A DNA stretch of 64,000 nucleotides, from the NCBI GenBank assembly GCA_016748015.1, contig JAAOMT010000586.1, positions 665,483 through 729,482 of the forward strand, read 5' to 3'. Made by a program: the position numbers and the translations under genes. The notes below the pieces were generated by a model, which saw only the letters and a list, made by a program, of their open reading frames with translations, was not told where the DNA came from and ran no database searches. Positions 1-13,083 of the stretch are shown here, piece after piece; the stretch's first letter is position 1, and the number at the start of each line of letters is the position of its first letter. Source of the DNA: Geosiphon pyriformis uo1 (lineage: Eukaryota > Fungi > Glomeromycota).

Positions 1-3000
1 TGAAAATGCCTTATAGTATTGTATGTTGTCTTAATAAAATACTAAGTATTGCTAAATACTACCTTATTATCAACCAGTAAAAAATTTTTTTTAATATTTG
101 CCAGAAAAACAAGTCCTAAGTGTGCAGTCTAATTAGTTAGTCTATTAGCAAATTTATTGTCTAAAATACCAAAATGGTTTTTTATTTTAGTTTAGCTTAC
201 AGAAATGTTTTATTTTTGACCAAGTTATTAATATAATGCTACTTAATTCAACATCTGTTGTAAAAGTCAGGTGTTTTCAATTTTAGTTCAGCTTGATATA
301 CATTTATAGATACTTGACTGTTAGAAAAAATCATTACATTAAAAAAAGCCAAAATATGTTTAAGAGCCAATATTATAGTCTGTATCTTAGTTAGAGTTGA
401 TAAAAACAAACTATAAATCTCCATTTTTACATTCAAACTCAGATCAGAGAAGTAAACAGCAGCACTACTAGTTGTACTAAAAGAACCAAAGTTTTTAACA
501 GAACTATTAATATATATTGAGATTTTAAACAAGAACATATTCTTTAAACAAGAATAAATAATACTAAAGTTATCTGTATTAGACATACATATTTTAAAAC
601 AGAGTACAGAAGCTAACAAAAGCTTTTAAGTTAGACTACTATTTTTAACAAATTCTGAAATCTGCACAAACCAAGAAAAAATTGGACTTCTGAAATCCAA
701 CTATTTCCAATAACAAAAATCCTTCCAAGAAAAGCACTCTTTATAATTATTTAAAAAATCCAAAAATATTCTACTTGACCCAAAATATCTACAACAAAAA
801 TTCCATTTTTAAGACAAAAAACATTGAACAAACTATTAGCCAAAAAAATTTCATTGTTTAAGAAGATTTGAGTAATGCCAGTAAAAAAATTGTTTGCTAA
901 ATTTACTTTTAGTCTGATAAGAAATTAAAAAAAATTCTAAAAAACCCATTCCAACATCTGCAAATCCAGCAACTTGTATCAAAAAAACCAATTCAAAACA
1001 CTATTGTTATTGGTAAAATTCATAATTAAAGCCACTTTATCTTTTATCTAAATTTAATTAAAAAGTCTTAAATTATACAAAGACAGATGATATACAGTTT
1101 TATTAAGAAAGTTATTTGGCAAATTAATCTTGGCTTTCAAATTTTTTCTGATCAAATAGTCTTATTTGTTATATGTATTTTTGTTAACAAAGCTAAATTG
1201 AGTTCTGTATTTAATAATTGGCTGTAAAGCTGTTAAGACTAAATAGAAAAATTGTTTATCTAATATAATTTTGCACAAGACTATTAATAAGAAAAACTTT
1301 ATATTTGAGTTCATCTTTTTTATACTTGGACCAAAGAGACTCTTAATTAACAAAAAAATGTCCAAATACTAATAGAATTCACTAATCTTTACAATTAAAA
1401 TAAAAAAACCACTTATGCTCAAAAAAGCACCACTAGACTTTGAATTTATTAAAATAATTACTGTTTTTTTTGTATTTATTGAGATATTTATAATATTAAA
1501 AACTTACTAGCAATGTTTAATATATTCTGTGTCATTGTGTAACAATTGTCAATCTAAATTATATTATCTACAAAAGCACCAGCAGTTAGATAGAAGATTA
1601 AACTTATATTAGATTCAATTCTGTCAGTTTTAACAAAAAATTTAAAATTCACATAATATCTTAAAGTTAAATTATGTCTCTTTATTTTACACAAAAGAAA
1701 ATCATAAAAAATTTTTCAAAAAAAAGATGAAAAAACTTTACTCTGATCTAGTCTATCATGAATCATATAACTATTAAACAAACCAAAATTTGTTATTACT
1801 CTATTTTATGGCCATTATAAATATGACCAAAAAACCTAATAAATTTGATACACATTTTAATTTTTCTTAGATTTTGTTCTAAATGTGACCAGTCTACTAA
1901 GTTATAAGCTTTTTGCATATTCTAAAGCACTAACCAGATTTTTTTGTCTTTTTTTAAAATATTTTTTACAATAAATCCAACAGCAAAAATAGAAACTAAG
2001 TAAAAGTGTCTTTTAAAACCAAAAAATTGTCACTTCACAAAATATTGTGCTTATTGCAAGCTTTAAATATCTAATTAAACAGAATTTTTAAAAGAATTTT
2101 TCTTATAATCTCAATAAGAGCAATTGGCTTAATATTTGTCAAAATGTTTTTTTATTTATAAGGTTTTGAAATTATTAATACTTAAGTCTTTTTTTAAACA
2201 TTAAAAACAGATTTTATTATCAAACACAAGTTGAATAAACACAAAAAAAAATTCAAAATGTCTTTATTATAATACTTCTACATTTTATTAAAAATATTAG
2301 ACAGTTCAACAGTTTTTCTATCAGAAAAATTTTTATTTATCAATATAAATTCATTAAGACTAATAAGATTTATAATACCAAAAAATGCTCTATTCTTAAT
2401 ATAATCAAAAAATGCAAATTGTTTTTACTAATAAGAAGAAATAATATTATTAACAGCATGTTTTCTGGTTTAATTTTTCATAATTGAATTAATTCTGGTT
2501 TTAACCAAATTAGATTCCAAAACTAGATTACTATTATTAATTAAATAATTCAATATAAACTTCTTAAATAGTTTTTCTAATACACTTTTTATTATTTAAT
2601 TTTTGTTACTAGTAAAAGCTTTTATTTATTTGGTAATAGCAGCTCTAATACAAAAATTTTCAACTGTTTTAGATTTTAACATTTTGTAAAATCTATAAAA
2701 TTTTCTAGATTAAGCTAATAATTATTTAATTAGAACTTTATTATGACTATTATTAAAAATTATCTTAAACTTAATTATTTAATCATAGTCTAATACTATT
2801 TATTTATTGATTAATGTTTAAGACTTTTTTAAATTATCCAATTTGTATATTCTCAAGATTTTTAATATTAACAATTTCAATTTGTGAAACTTAGATAATA
2901 ATGTATACATAAATGCATTTTTATCCTAATACTATGTCTTTAAAAAAACAGTATTAGCAGCAAAATATACTATTTGATTAAGCAGTTTTTATATTTTATT

Positions 3001-4250
3001 AATGTTAGATCTTTATTTACAGTCTTTAAAGTTATTGACAACAGCCAAAATAGTATTTAATAACAGGTTTTTGAATTTTTCTTAGATTTTATCATCAATA
3101 TCATTAACTTTGAATTTTCACATATTTTTAACAGTTTGTTTGTATATTAAACTGAGCTAAAAACTAAAAAGTTTTTCTAAATTAATGTTTACTAAAACAA
3201 CTATATAATTAATATTAAAAAACTTGTTTAAATTATAATCTTGTTGGTTAAGAGATGACTTTTAAAAATTTTTACTAAATAAAATAAAGTTTATGCACTT
3301 ATTAACTTTTTTAAAGTTAGACTACATAAACAACTTATATATTAAAATATTACTAAAAAAATTACATAAACTCATATTCAAAATTTTTTTGAAACTTGTA
3401 CTTTGACCAGAATTATTTTTATTGAAATTACTTTCAAAAACCACAAAAGCATTACTGTTTAAAATCTTGGTCACAATAGAATTGACTTTACAAAACTAAG
3501 TTAAATTTTTTTCCAAAGTAATTCCAGTATATAAACCTAAAATAGAAACCAAAAGACAATTTTTGAATAACAAATATATGAACAAAAATTAATTAGTTAT
3601 CTTTAAAATTTTGTAAATATGTCTTATAATATTATTGTTGATTATCACAATAATACTAAAACCTAAATGATTAAAGTCAACATCCAAGATAAAAATCTTA
3701 ATTTCATTAAATTTGCTTATTATTCAAAAACAAATCTTATTTTTTAATTTTGTTTCTGTAATAATAGATATAAAATTTTTTTTCTTTGTACCACCAAACA
3801 ATGTCTTCTTGTTTTGCCAAGTTGTTTATACTTCTAATGTTGTATGTAGCAATTTTTCAGATTAACTCAATTATTGTTGAAAGAATTTGTCTAAATCTAA
3901 ACTTTTATTTTCTATTTTAATTAGTAAGTCCATAACTGTAACTGTTAGATTGTTCATTTTGTTTTCAAATCTTTTAACTGTTAATTAATTGAAAAATTTT
4001 ACTCTTATAACAGTCTCATCATTAGTGCCTACATCTAAATTTTTACTTATTATTATATTTGCTTCTTGATTTTATGATAAAAAGATTACCAATAATTAAT
4101 ATTTAGAGCTAAACTAAAAAACTATTGGTTTGAGTATATCTAATCTTTTAGCCAGTTTCTCGACTTGTTCCACAAGATTAGTAAGACTGCACTTAAGAAC
4201 AACAAACCTAATTATTTATATCTTTAAATATGAATAGAAGAGGCTTCACC
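1..4250 (-). mobile_element. Heavily decayed LINE (non-LTR retrotransposon): end of ORF1, APE endonuclease, RT and RNase H; 3' end runs off the window
   Basis: Colinear with the better preserved LINE at 8265..15133. ORF 248..619 reads as decayed RNase H (IYINSSVKN..SAAVYFSDL..IQTIILAL..IFSNSQ). An RT-region remnant lies at 1162..1365, the endonuclease start (KIATYN) at ~3850 and the ORF1 tail (CSLTNLVEQVEKLAKRL) at 4141..4200. Boundaries approximate. Confidence 0.85.
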
Positions 4251-4259
4251 TTTAAAAAT

Positions 4260-5620
4260 AAGTCATAACTTGCTGAACTATTTTAATTAACTATATTAAA
4301 ATTTAATAATAATAGAAATAATTTTAATAATAATAGAATTAATAATTATAAACCAAATTTATTAAAAAAAATTTACATTTTTTAATAATATTTTTGGATT
4401 TTGAATTTTATTATAAGATATAACAGAACTTTTTTGGTTTAAAATTTATATTGTATTTTTTAAAATATATTAATATAATAAATTTATTGGTAAATTTGTT
4501 TAAGATTTTTTTGTTATAATACTGTTAAAAATGTTTTTAATATAATATTTGTACTTAATATTTATAAAATTAATATTTTTTGTTTAAATTTAAGTTATTA
4601 AATAGTAAAATGTTTAAAATATTATCAAATAGCTTATAAGTATATTTAGCATTATAAACTATTGTTACAGTAATTATTTGGAATGTTGAAACAAATAACA
4701 AATTCATAATTTGGTGCTTAATAACTAGTAAATATAAGTCTGAAGATTTTGGTTAAGTGTTTTGTATAATAAACAGAAATTTAATTGATGGTTTCTTCTG
4801 TGAATTTTTTTCTTTAGCATAATAACTAATTTAATCTGGCAGTTGTGTTTTTTTGGTAAGCTATTCTTAAATTTTTACTTTTATTTCTGGGTTTTTTACC
4901 AAGCTATTTTTAACATTAAATACTCAATGCTTGATTTTTTTTAATAAATAATAAATAACAAAGAAACAAAACAAAAAAAAATAAAAAAAATAAAAAAAAT
5001 AAAAGAAAATAAGAAATTAATATCTTGTCAATAGCTATAATCAAGAGCTATTGTTTTAGTATAATTAAATATTAGATTTTATTAATATGAAATATTGATA
5101 GTAATAAAAGTAATTAATATTTTTAATCAAATAATAATAATATAGATTTAATAATAATAGATAATTTTATTAATATAAAAATGATTCCATTTTAAGTTGT
5201 AAAAAATTACCTTTTAAAAAAAAAGATATTGTTCTAAATTAATATAAATTCTATTAAATTCTTTTGGAATTACTTTTTTTGTTTTTTACACTTTTACTAT
5301 ATATATATAATTTATATTATACAAAATCTTATATTTTCTTAAGCAATGTGTTCTATTTTTTCTAACAATGTGTTTATTGCTGAACAATATACCAGAATTC
5401 ATTAATAATATGCCTATTGCTAAGCAATATGTTATAATTTTCTAACAATTTTTTTATTGGTCTATTTTTTTATCTGTTTTTTCTACTTTCTTTTTTGTAC
5501 TTTTTTATAAATAATACTGTTAAATACTAGTGTTTATTAATTTTAAATAATTATTTATATATAATAAAAAAACAATTTGTTAATTAAGTAGCTGTTTTTT
5601 GTTGTTAATCTTTAAATACA
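4260..5620 (-). mobile_element. Decayed Gypsy leader and LTR relic related to the family-D leader
   Basis: 4890..5060 matches the leader at 52630..52800 (TTTTACCAAGCTATT, A-rich tract, hairpin CAATAGCTATAATCAAGAGCTATTG). About 20-bp tandem repeats at 5340..5460 resemble LTR U3 repeats. Ends not resolved. Confidence 0.5.
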
Positions 5621-6072
5621 AATTTTTTAAAAGTATTATATTTATTTTTCTAATTATATTTGAAAATAATACAAGTATTATTAATAATAAAATATTATTT
5701 CATAATTATATATTCTTGAAAATATATAAAAGTATTAAAATTTTGTATATTATTTTATAAATATAATTTGTAATTTTATAAAAAGATATAATTATTTGTA
5801 AAATTAAATAAAAACTTATTAAGTTTATTTTAGAGTTCTTTAATTATAAACATATTAATATGTTTTTATATATAATTAAATATAAAACTATAATATAAAT
5901 AATATTATATATTTAAGAATAGGTTAATTTAACAAAAAAAATAAGTTAATTTAGTAATTTTTTTTAAATTAATAATATTAAATTTACTATAATAATTAAT
6001 TATATTAATATTTTATTTTTTTTATGTTACTTATTATAAATATTTAAATTAAATTTTGTTTTTTTGTTTTTA

Positions 6073-8264
6073 TTTTTTTTATTATATGTTTAATAAGTAT
6101 GATTTAATTATTATCTAAAAATTAGGAACAAACTATATATTTTAATACTAAATAAAATTTATATACTTTCTATATATAACCAGTTACTTAAATCAGTTTA
6201 GGCTATATTATATTAAAATTTTAAAAGAAAACTTATTTAAAGAAGACATTTTTTAAACAATTTTAAACAGAATAGTATTATTAAAAACCAATTCAACTAA
6301 CTAATTAGCTATCTTAAAAACATTAGTTTTAATGTTAACAAATTTATGTTCTCAAAACAACAACAAATTAAAAAACATATTATTATTAACAGCAAACAAA
6401 TTCATATAAAAACTAAATATATTAATATTATTATAGTTATATTTAGCTTTTAATATAACTATTTTCTGTTTTAATTTACTAATAATCTTATTAAAAATTT
6501 TTATATGTACCAGAACTTTATTGATTTTAAAACTAAAAATACTGCTTAAAACAAAATTTTTCTTAATAAATTGTTTAAAAACAATAATTAAAAACCAACA
6601 AATTTAGTAATAAATCTAATTAATATAGTTAATTTGGCCAAATTAACTTTTAAAAAAGTCAATTATAAGAAAACCAAAAGATTATTAATAATTACAAAAA
6701 GAGAAACAAAAGTTATTAGAAATAGAAACTTAAAAAAACTCAAAAAGGCAAAAGTCTTAGCATAAAACTTAAAACACACAAAATATAATATAAATACTTT
6801 GAAAATTTTAAAAGAAAAAGGTAAAAATATCTTATAATTTATAGTCAGATAGCTTATTTTTTAACACCTAAAACAGCATTAATAACTAAAAGTTTCTAAT
6901 CAGATATAGTACTTCTTTAGTATATTAGTTTTAATTATTATAGCATTTAAATCAGCTTAAAATTTAAATATAATCAGAACAAACTGAGAACAATAACCAG
7001 AATTAAGAAAGTAAGAAATAAAACACATTTAATTATTAATTTGAGAAATTATATTACTAATCTCAAAAACAATACAACCAAAAAAAAATTGACTAACTTG
7101 GCCTTAAATTTATTATAAAACAAATAGTCTTATTTTGATTTATTAAAAAGAAAATTTTAATACTATTCTTATTTATTAACACTAATTAATAATCTAAAAC
7201 AGACACAATAGCATTTAATTTTTAAAATAAACAACAACATATTACTAAACACCAACAGATTTTAATATAACATATTAAACTTACTAAGTGCTGTTTTAAT
7301 ATTAGCAGCAGATATATTCAAAGCTATATTATATAATATTACAACAGCAAAAAAAAAACCAGTCTCAAAAACCACTAAAAACTTGGCAATTTTAAAAATA
7401 ATTAAACAAACAGAGCTTGTAAGCTCAACTAAAAAAGCAGTTTCTAAAGATTTTTAAAAAATAAACTCCATATAGAAGAGTTTTATATTGTCTTTTAATA
7501 CTAACTTTACACTTAAAAAAATATGTAAAAACCAAAAAACAGTCTTAATATAAGCTAATTTAATCTTAAAAGTTATATTAAACATTAAAATAGAGGCTAT
7601 TTATTTAGCAAACTTTTAATAAACAATAATGGTTTTCTAATATCACCAGTAATAGCATCAGAAATCAAAAAAAGTAATAATAAATTAGTTTTTATTTGGT
7701 TAGCCTAATTTCTAAAAACAAGTAATCCAATAAAAAACTATTGCTTTATTTTTAAAACCAATAAGAAATCTTGGCTTATTTTAAATAATATATTAAATGA
7801 TATAATAAAAATTTTATTTAAGATCTTATCTAAAATCACAAAAAGATTTAGTATAATAATAATAAAAACAAGTAACTGCTTCTATTTTTTGGAATCTTTG
7901 GTCTTTTTAACTATTATCAAAAAATAGTGCTAGTAATATCAAATATAGCAACAATAGTTAAAAAAATCAGCTTGTTAATTGGCCTATTATTAAAAACTTT
8001 TGGACTTTTAATAAAAGTGGAAACAACATTAAAACTAATCCAAGTGTGTTTTTTTGAAAGAATTTTAATTGGTAAAAAACCAGTTAAAGATAAAATAAAT
8101 GTTTTAATAATTACCAAAAACACTTTTTTTACTATTATTTAAAAAAAAACTTTTAAGACATTCTGTTTAAATATTTTTATAATAGAAATATTTTTTTTGG
8201 TTAAAACTTTATTAGATATTTTAAAAAAAATATTAAGTACAGCTTTTTTATTTTTTGCTTTAAT
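6073..8264 (-). mobile_element. Decayed ORF1-only (HAL1-like) non-LTR element, copy 1; its 5' tip continues at 15148..~15185 beyond the inserted LINE
   Basis: Colinear with 32240..34511 (e.g. KKHTWISFNVVST vs KRHTWISPSVVST). LINE-type 3' UTR and poly(A) at ~6073..6210. The start-codon region CATAATCATGAAATTAAG is found at 15148..15165. Confidence 0.8.
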
Positions 8265-8394
8265 TTTTTTTTTAATATTTAATAAGTAAAATTTAAATAC
8301 TATTTAGTACAATACATTAAATAATCAATTTAAATTAGGCATGAATCATGTATTTTTTACATGTGACCAGCCACTCAAGCTGGCCAGAACAACA

Positions 8395-11300
8395 CTAAGC
8401 ACTTATATAAACAGAAACAGAATTCCCAATATCCAAGAAAAACAAGCAAAATTTATAAAACCCAAAGCTAATACCAAATGTCTCAGCAATACCAAGCAAT
8501 CTAATTACATCAGCAGAAAACACTGAGAACAGCCCAAAGACTAAAACCAGAGCCAAACCATCACATAGTATCAGTTCATTCTTTTCTATGAATACACAAT
8601 GCTTAGCACAGACAACCCAAACTTCATTTTTAAAAACAAAGCAGAAGTCATGCACAAAGTCCACAATCTTTCAAACTGCAATCTTTGCATCTTCAAAGAA
8701 AGACACAGTTTCTTGGAGCCAATTATTAAAAACAAAGTCTTTGCAAAGAGCTATACACACTACCATATTTAAAACACAGAAAGATAGCAACTGAGACACA
8801 TATAAAAAGGAGTAAGAAAGACCAGAAAGCACATTCCAAGTAACTGCATGAGCATTCAACAATTGGCAGCAGACAGAATCATCAACCACACAAGAAAAAG
8901 CATGATCTGAGATCTCAATATCACTATAATACAGATATAACATATTGGGATAACTTCTGTCATATAGGCATTTCTAAACAGCAACTGGCAACCAATAGTA
9001 TAAAGTCTTCATAAAATATGTATAAGCACCAACAATCAGTTTATTAGTAAAACCAGCAGCCATATGCAAATTAGGATGCCACACCAAAGATGAGCTAGAC
9101 CAATTGACATCTGACAGCAAACTACAATCCAGAACTTTATAACCAAAACCAATTTCCTAATATACATAATAAATAGACTAAAAGATTTCATGAACAAAAT
9201 GCCTAGAATTGCTAAAAACAATACCACCCTTAGCCAAAATATAACATTTATCCAACCAGAGAGGAAGACATCATGAAAAAAGAAAAGCTATATCAGCAAG
9301 CACATTAGCACACATATTACCTGAAACACCCAAATGCTCTTTTACTTTATGCCAACTAATGTTTAAATTTTTTTCTGAACAATATTTACTATATGCCAAC
9401 ACTCAACCCAACACTGATTCTGAAAATCTGAATAAATTAGATCCAATTCCGATTTGCATACATCCAAAGCAGCCTGACTGTTTGTAAAAAAGGCAAATTA
9501 AGCTAAAAAAAAGAACACACTCGAGAGCCAACACAACAGCCTGCAATTCTGCCAGAGTAGAAAACATCAGACCTGAAATCCTGACTTCCAAACCCAGGTC
9601 AATATCCTCAAAATAAACTGCCACATCAGTCTTAACATCCAGACTTTTCAAGTTCTTCAGAGATCTATCAGTATAAACAGAAAGACTGTCAGCCATAACA
9701 TTCAACAAACAATCACATGCAAGCCTAAATTTACCAGTTTCCAAAACATTCAAAGATTTGGAAACACCAAAAGAAGCCAAGCAAGTAGAAAGAAAAACCT
9801 TATTATTAAGAAAATTAACAAAATGCTTAAACCAGTTAGAAACAGAGCCACATGGATCCAATCTTTTTTAATGCTTGAATGTTTTTTAATCAAACACAAA
9901 ACCATTTTTACAGCAAAGCTGCTCTATAAAAGCAATACCATAGCACTGAAGAAATGAAAAAAACTTAAAAAATTCAGACTTGCCAAGAACTGATGATATA
10001 AAAGTCCCATCACAAAGACAAAAAGAACTGTTCATATGACCACTCAAGAACAACTCACACCTAAGAAAAATACAAACCACACTTGCCAAAAAATTATTAA
10101 AAGCACTGATCTTAATATGAACAGGGGAAACCAAAGGGTAAAGCAGATTCTAAGACAGAACTTGTAAGTTATGAGACTGGTACAAAAACAAATAACTTAA
10201 AATTCTGACAGAGTTTGCAAAACACACTACAAAAGCCACTTTGTTTTTAGTCTGGACCTGTTTAAAAGTTTTCAAACCATACAACAAAGGGTAATAGAAT
10301 GCATCATTGAGAAAATTGAGAGACAGACCAGATTTTAACTTTAAGCTCTTATGAATTAAAGCATCTCACTTGTTATACACATTAATGAGAACAAAGCTGA
10401 ATTGTATTCTGTAGCTGACAATGGGATGGAAAACTGTTGACACCAAATATGAAAATTGCTTATCAAAAACAGCCTTTTTCAGAACAAAGTTGGCAAAAAA
10501 ACAGACATTAAAATATGTCTTAGCCAAGCTAGGCTTTAATAAACCTTCAGTTAACAAAAAAATACCCAAGTAGTAATGGAACTTACTCTTCTTGGTGATA
10601 AAAATAGACAAACCACTGATTAACAAATTAGGGCAATCAACTCTGCAATTAATAGAAATGGCCACCATCTTGTTATTATTGATAGAAATGTTATTAATCC
10701 GAAAAAATTCCCTAGTGACATTAAGAATGTGTTAGGTCACAGTTTGGCTGCTACCAATTCAGATTGTGTTATCAACAAAAACACCAGCAGTGAGAAAAGA
10801 TGTTAATTTAGCTTGAGATTTCAAATGATCTGTTTTGGCAACATAATAAAAGTTCAGCCTATATTCACATATACTTTCTTGTCTTTTGATCTCACACAGA
10901 AGGGAATTATAAAATATAAACCAAAGAAGTAATGAGAACACCTCTCTTTGGTCTAAATTATCATGTACCCAATATTTATTTGTTAAACCAAAATCAATCA
11001 TAACCCTATTGACACAATCATTGTAAATGCTACCAAAAAATTTAATAAACTTGTTACACATTTTTATCCTAATTAAGCTTTTTTTAAGATGTTCTCATCC
11101 AACAGAGTCATAGGCTTTTCTCATGTCTTACAAAACCAACCAGAGTTCATGATTTTTTTCCAAAGCATCCTCAATAATCAAATCAACAGCAAAAATAGGA
11201 GATTGCATCATCATATCTTTTAAAACTAAAAAATTGTCTTTATGCAAAACATTAAAAGTATTATATGCCAATAAGATCTTGTCTGAAAAAATCTTGAAAA

Positions 11301-13083
11301 GGATTTTACAGACTGTTTTAATCAAAGCAATTGGCTGAATAATAATAAAAATATTCTTCTATTCATAAGACTTAGGGATCATTGAGACCCAAGCTTCTTT
11401 CTAAGCATAAGACACCAATTCACAAAACAAACAAAAATTCAATAGCACCAAAAACATATCTAAAACCAACCTGTCACAATATTTTCAGAGCTCATTTGAG
11501 ATTCCAGAAAAACCAGCAGCCTTTTTATTAGGCAAATTAAAAATCATGCCAAACAACTTATCAAAGCTAATCAGACTCATCACATTTAAGAAAGCATCAT
11601 CAAAAACATATGCCAATGGCTGATATTGATAAGACTACTCTTTAGAGAAATTAGTCTCCACCTCACATTTTCTAGTCCAGCCCTCTATAATCAAATTCAC
11701 CTCAGCCTTAACCAGTTTGAGTTCCAGAATCAGTTTATTTTTAGTGACTAAATAGTCTAAAACTACTTTTCAAAAAGAATGTTCCAGCACACTCCTGATT
11801 GTATGACTCTTATCATTTACAAAATTTTCTATTCTTTTATTAATAACTGACCTAATTCCTAACTTCTTAGCTTACAAAGACTCAGCAAGCTTGAAGGCAC
11901 AATAAAATTTTCTTATACCAAAAAGAGCCAAATATACATGATCAAAATTCACACCAGAGTTTACAAAATTCTAAATAACCAAAGTCTTGACACTGTTCAA
12001 AGAATTCCAGTACTTCATAAAAAAAACAAATTTTTTAGGACTCTCTTTATAAAAAGCCTTAACAATTCTTAAAACCAAAAGCTTCAGTTTATGAAACCTA
12101 GAAGAATTCTTGGTAAAAACATTATCATAATTCTTAAACCATTTCTTTTTAAATATTTTATTAGTTAAAAGAGTTATTATTTTGTAAACAACATTTCACA
12201 TTGCATCCAGATCTGAAAACTTCATAGAAACTGTGAACTCATTAGAGAACATTGCTGTATTGGCTGCTGTGACATCTTTGAAATCATTTTACTTTGTATT
12301 ATCAGCACTCTTAAAATCAAATTTTCATCAGTTCTTATTAGCTTGCCTGCAAAAAAAGTTCAACTATGTATTCAAAAGCTTACCCAAATTTACAGACATA
12401 AAAACCATTTGGTGATTAGTGTTAAAATGTTCATTGACATCTACAACATTACAATTCACCATCACATTAACCAAATTTGAAAAAACAAATATGTAATCAA
12501 TTGTTTTTTCTATATCTCTTGAATTTTTCTATATAGGATTCTTTACAACTAAACTTCCTGACAAAAAATTGACCAGTCCCAAATTGAGGCATTTCTTGAA
12601 ACTTACACATCTGCGTGAACTGTTTTTATTGAAATTTTCACCTAAAACAACAAAAAAAAACTTATTCACAGCCTTAGCTATCAGAAAATTAATTTCACCA
12701 GCCTGAGAAAAACAAATAGCCAAGAAAACACCAGCATAAAGCCCCAAAATCGAAACAAAAAGTTTATTTTTGAAAAGCAACTTAATAGAAAAAAGCTGGC
12801 CAGGCACCTTAGAAATCTTACACACATGACAAGCCAAAGAAGTGTTCATAATAATTGCCACATTAGCACCAAAAAACTCTTTGTCCAACCCAAATAAAAA
12901 AACTCTAACTTCATTAAACTTATCCTTAATGCATGGCCTACTGCTAGACCTCAACTTAGTCTCTATAACTATTGAAACCAAATTCTCAGAATTTCTATGT
13001 TAATGGATAATGTCCTTCTGCTTGGCAGGAACATTAATACCATAAACATTACATGTAGCAATTCTCCACACAAAATCACTCAT
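8395..13083 (-). pseudogene. LINE ORF2: APE endonuclease - reverse transcriptase - RNase H - C-terminal Cys/His motif, disrupted
   Basis: WRIATCNV and IETKL endonuclease motifs (~13060, 12960). RT motifs QPIALI, DMRKAYDSV, LDQ-EVFS and GVFVDNTI (10760..11340). RNase H VYTD-S..AELQAV..KVK-H (9320..9680). CLYC..E..DHAFSC remnant (~8890..8945). Confidence 0.92.
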
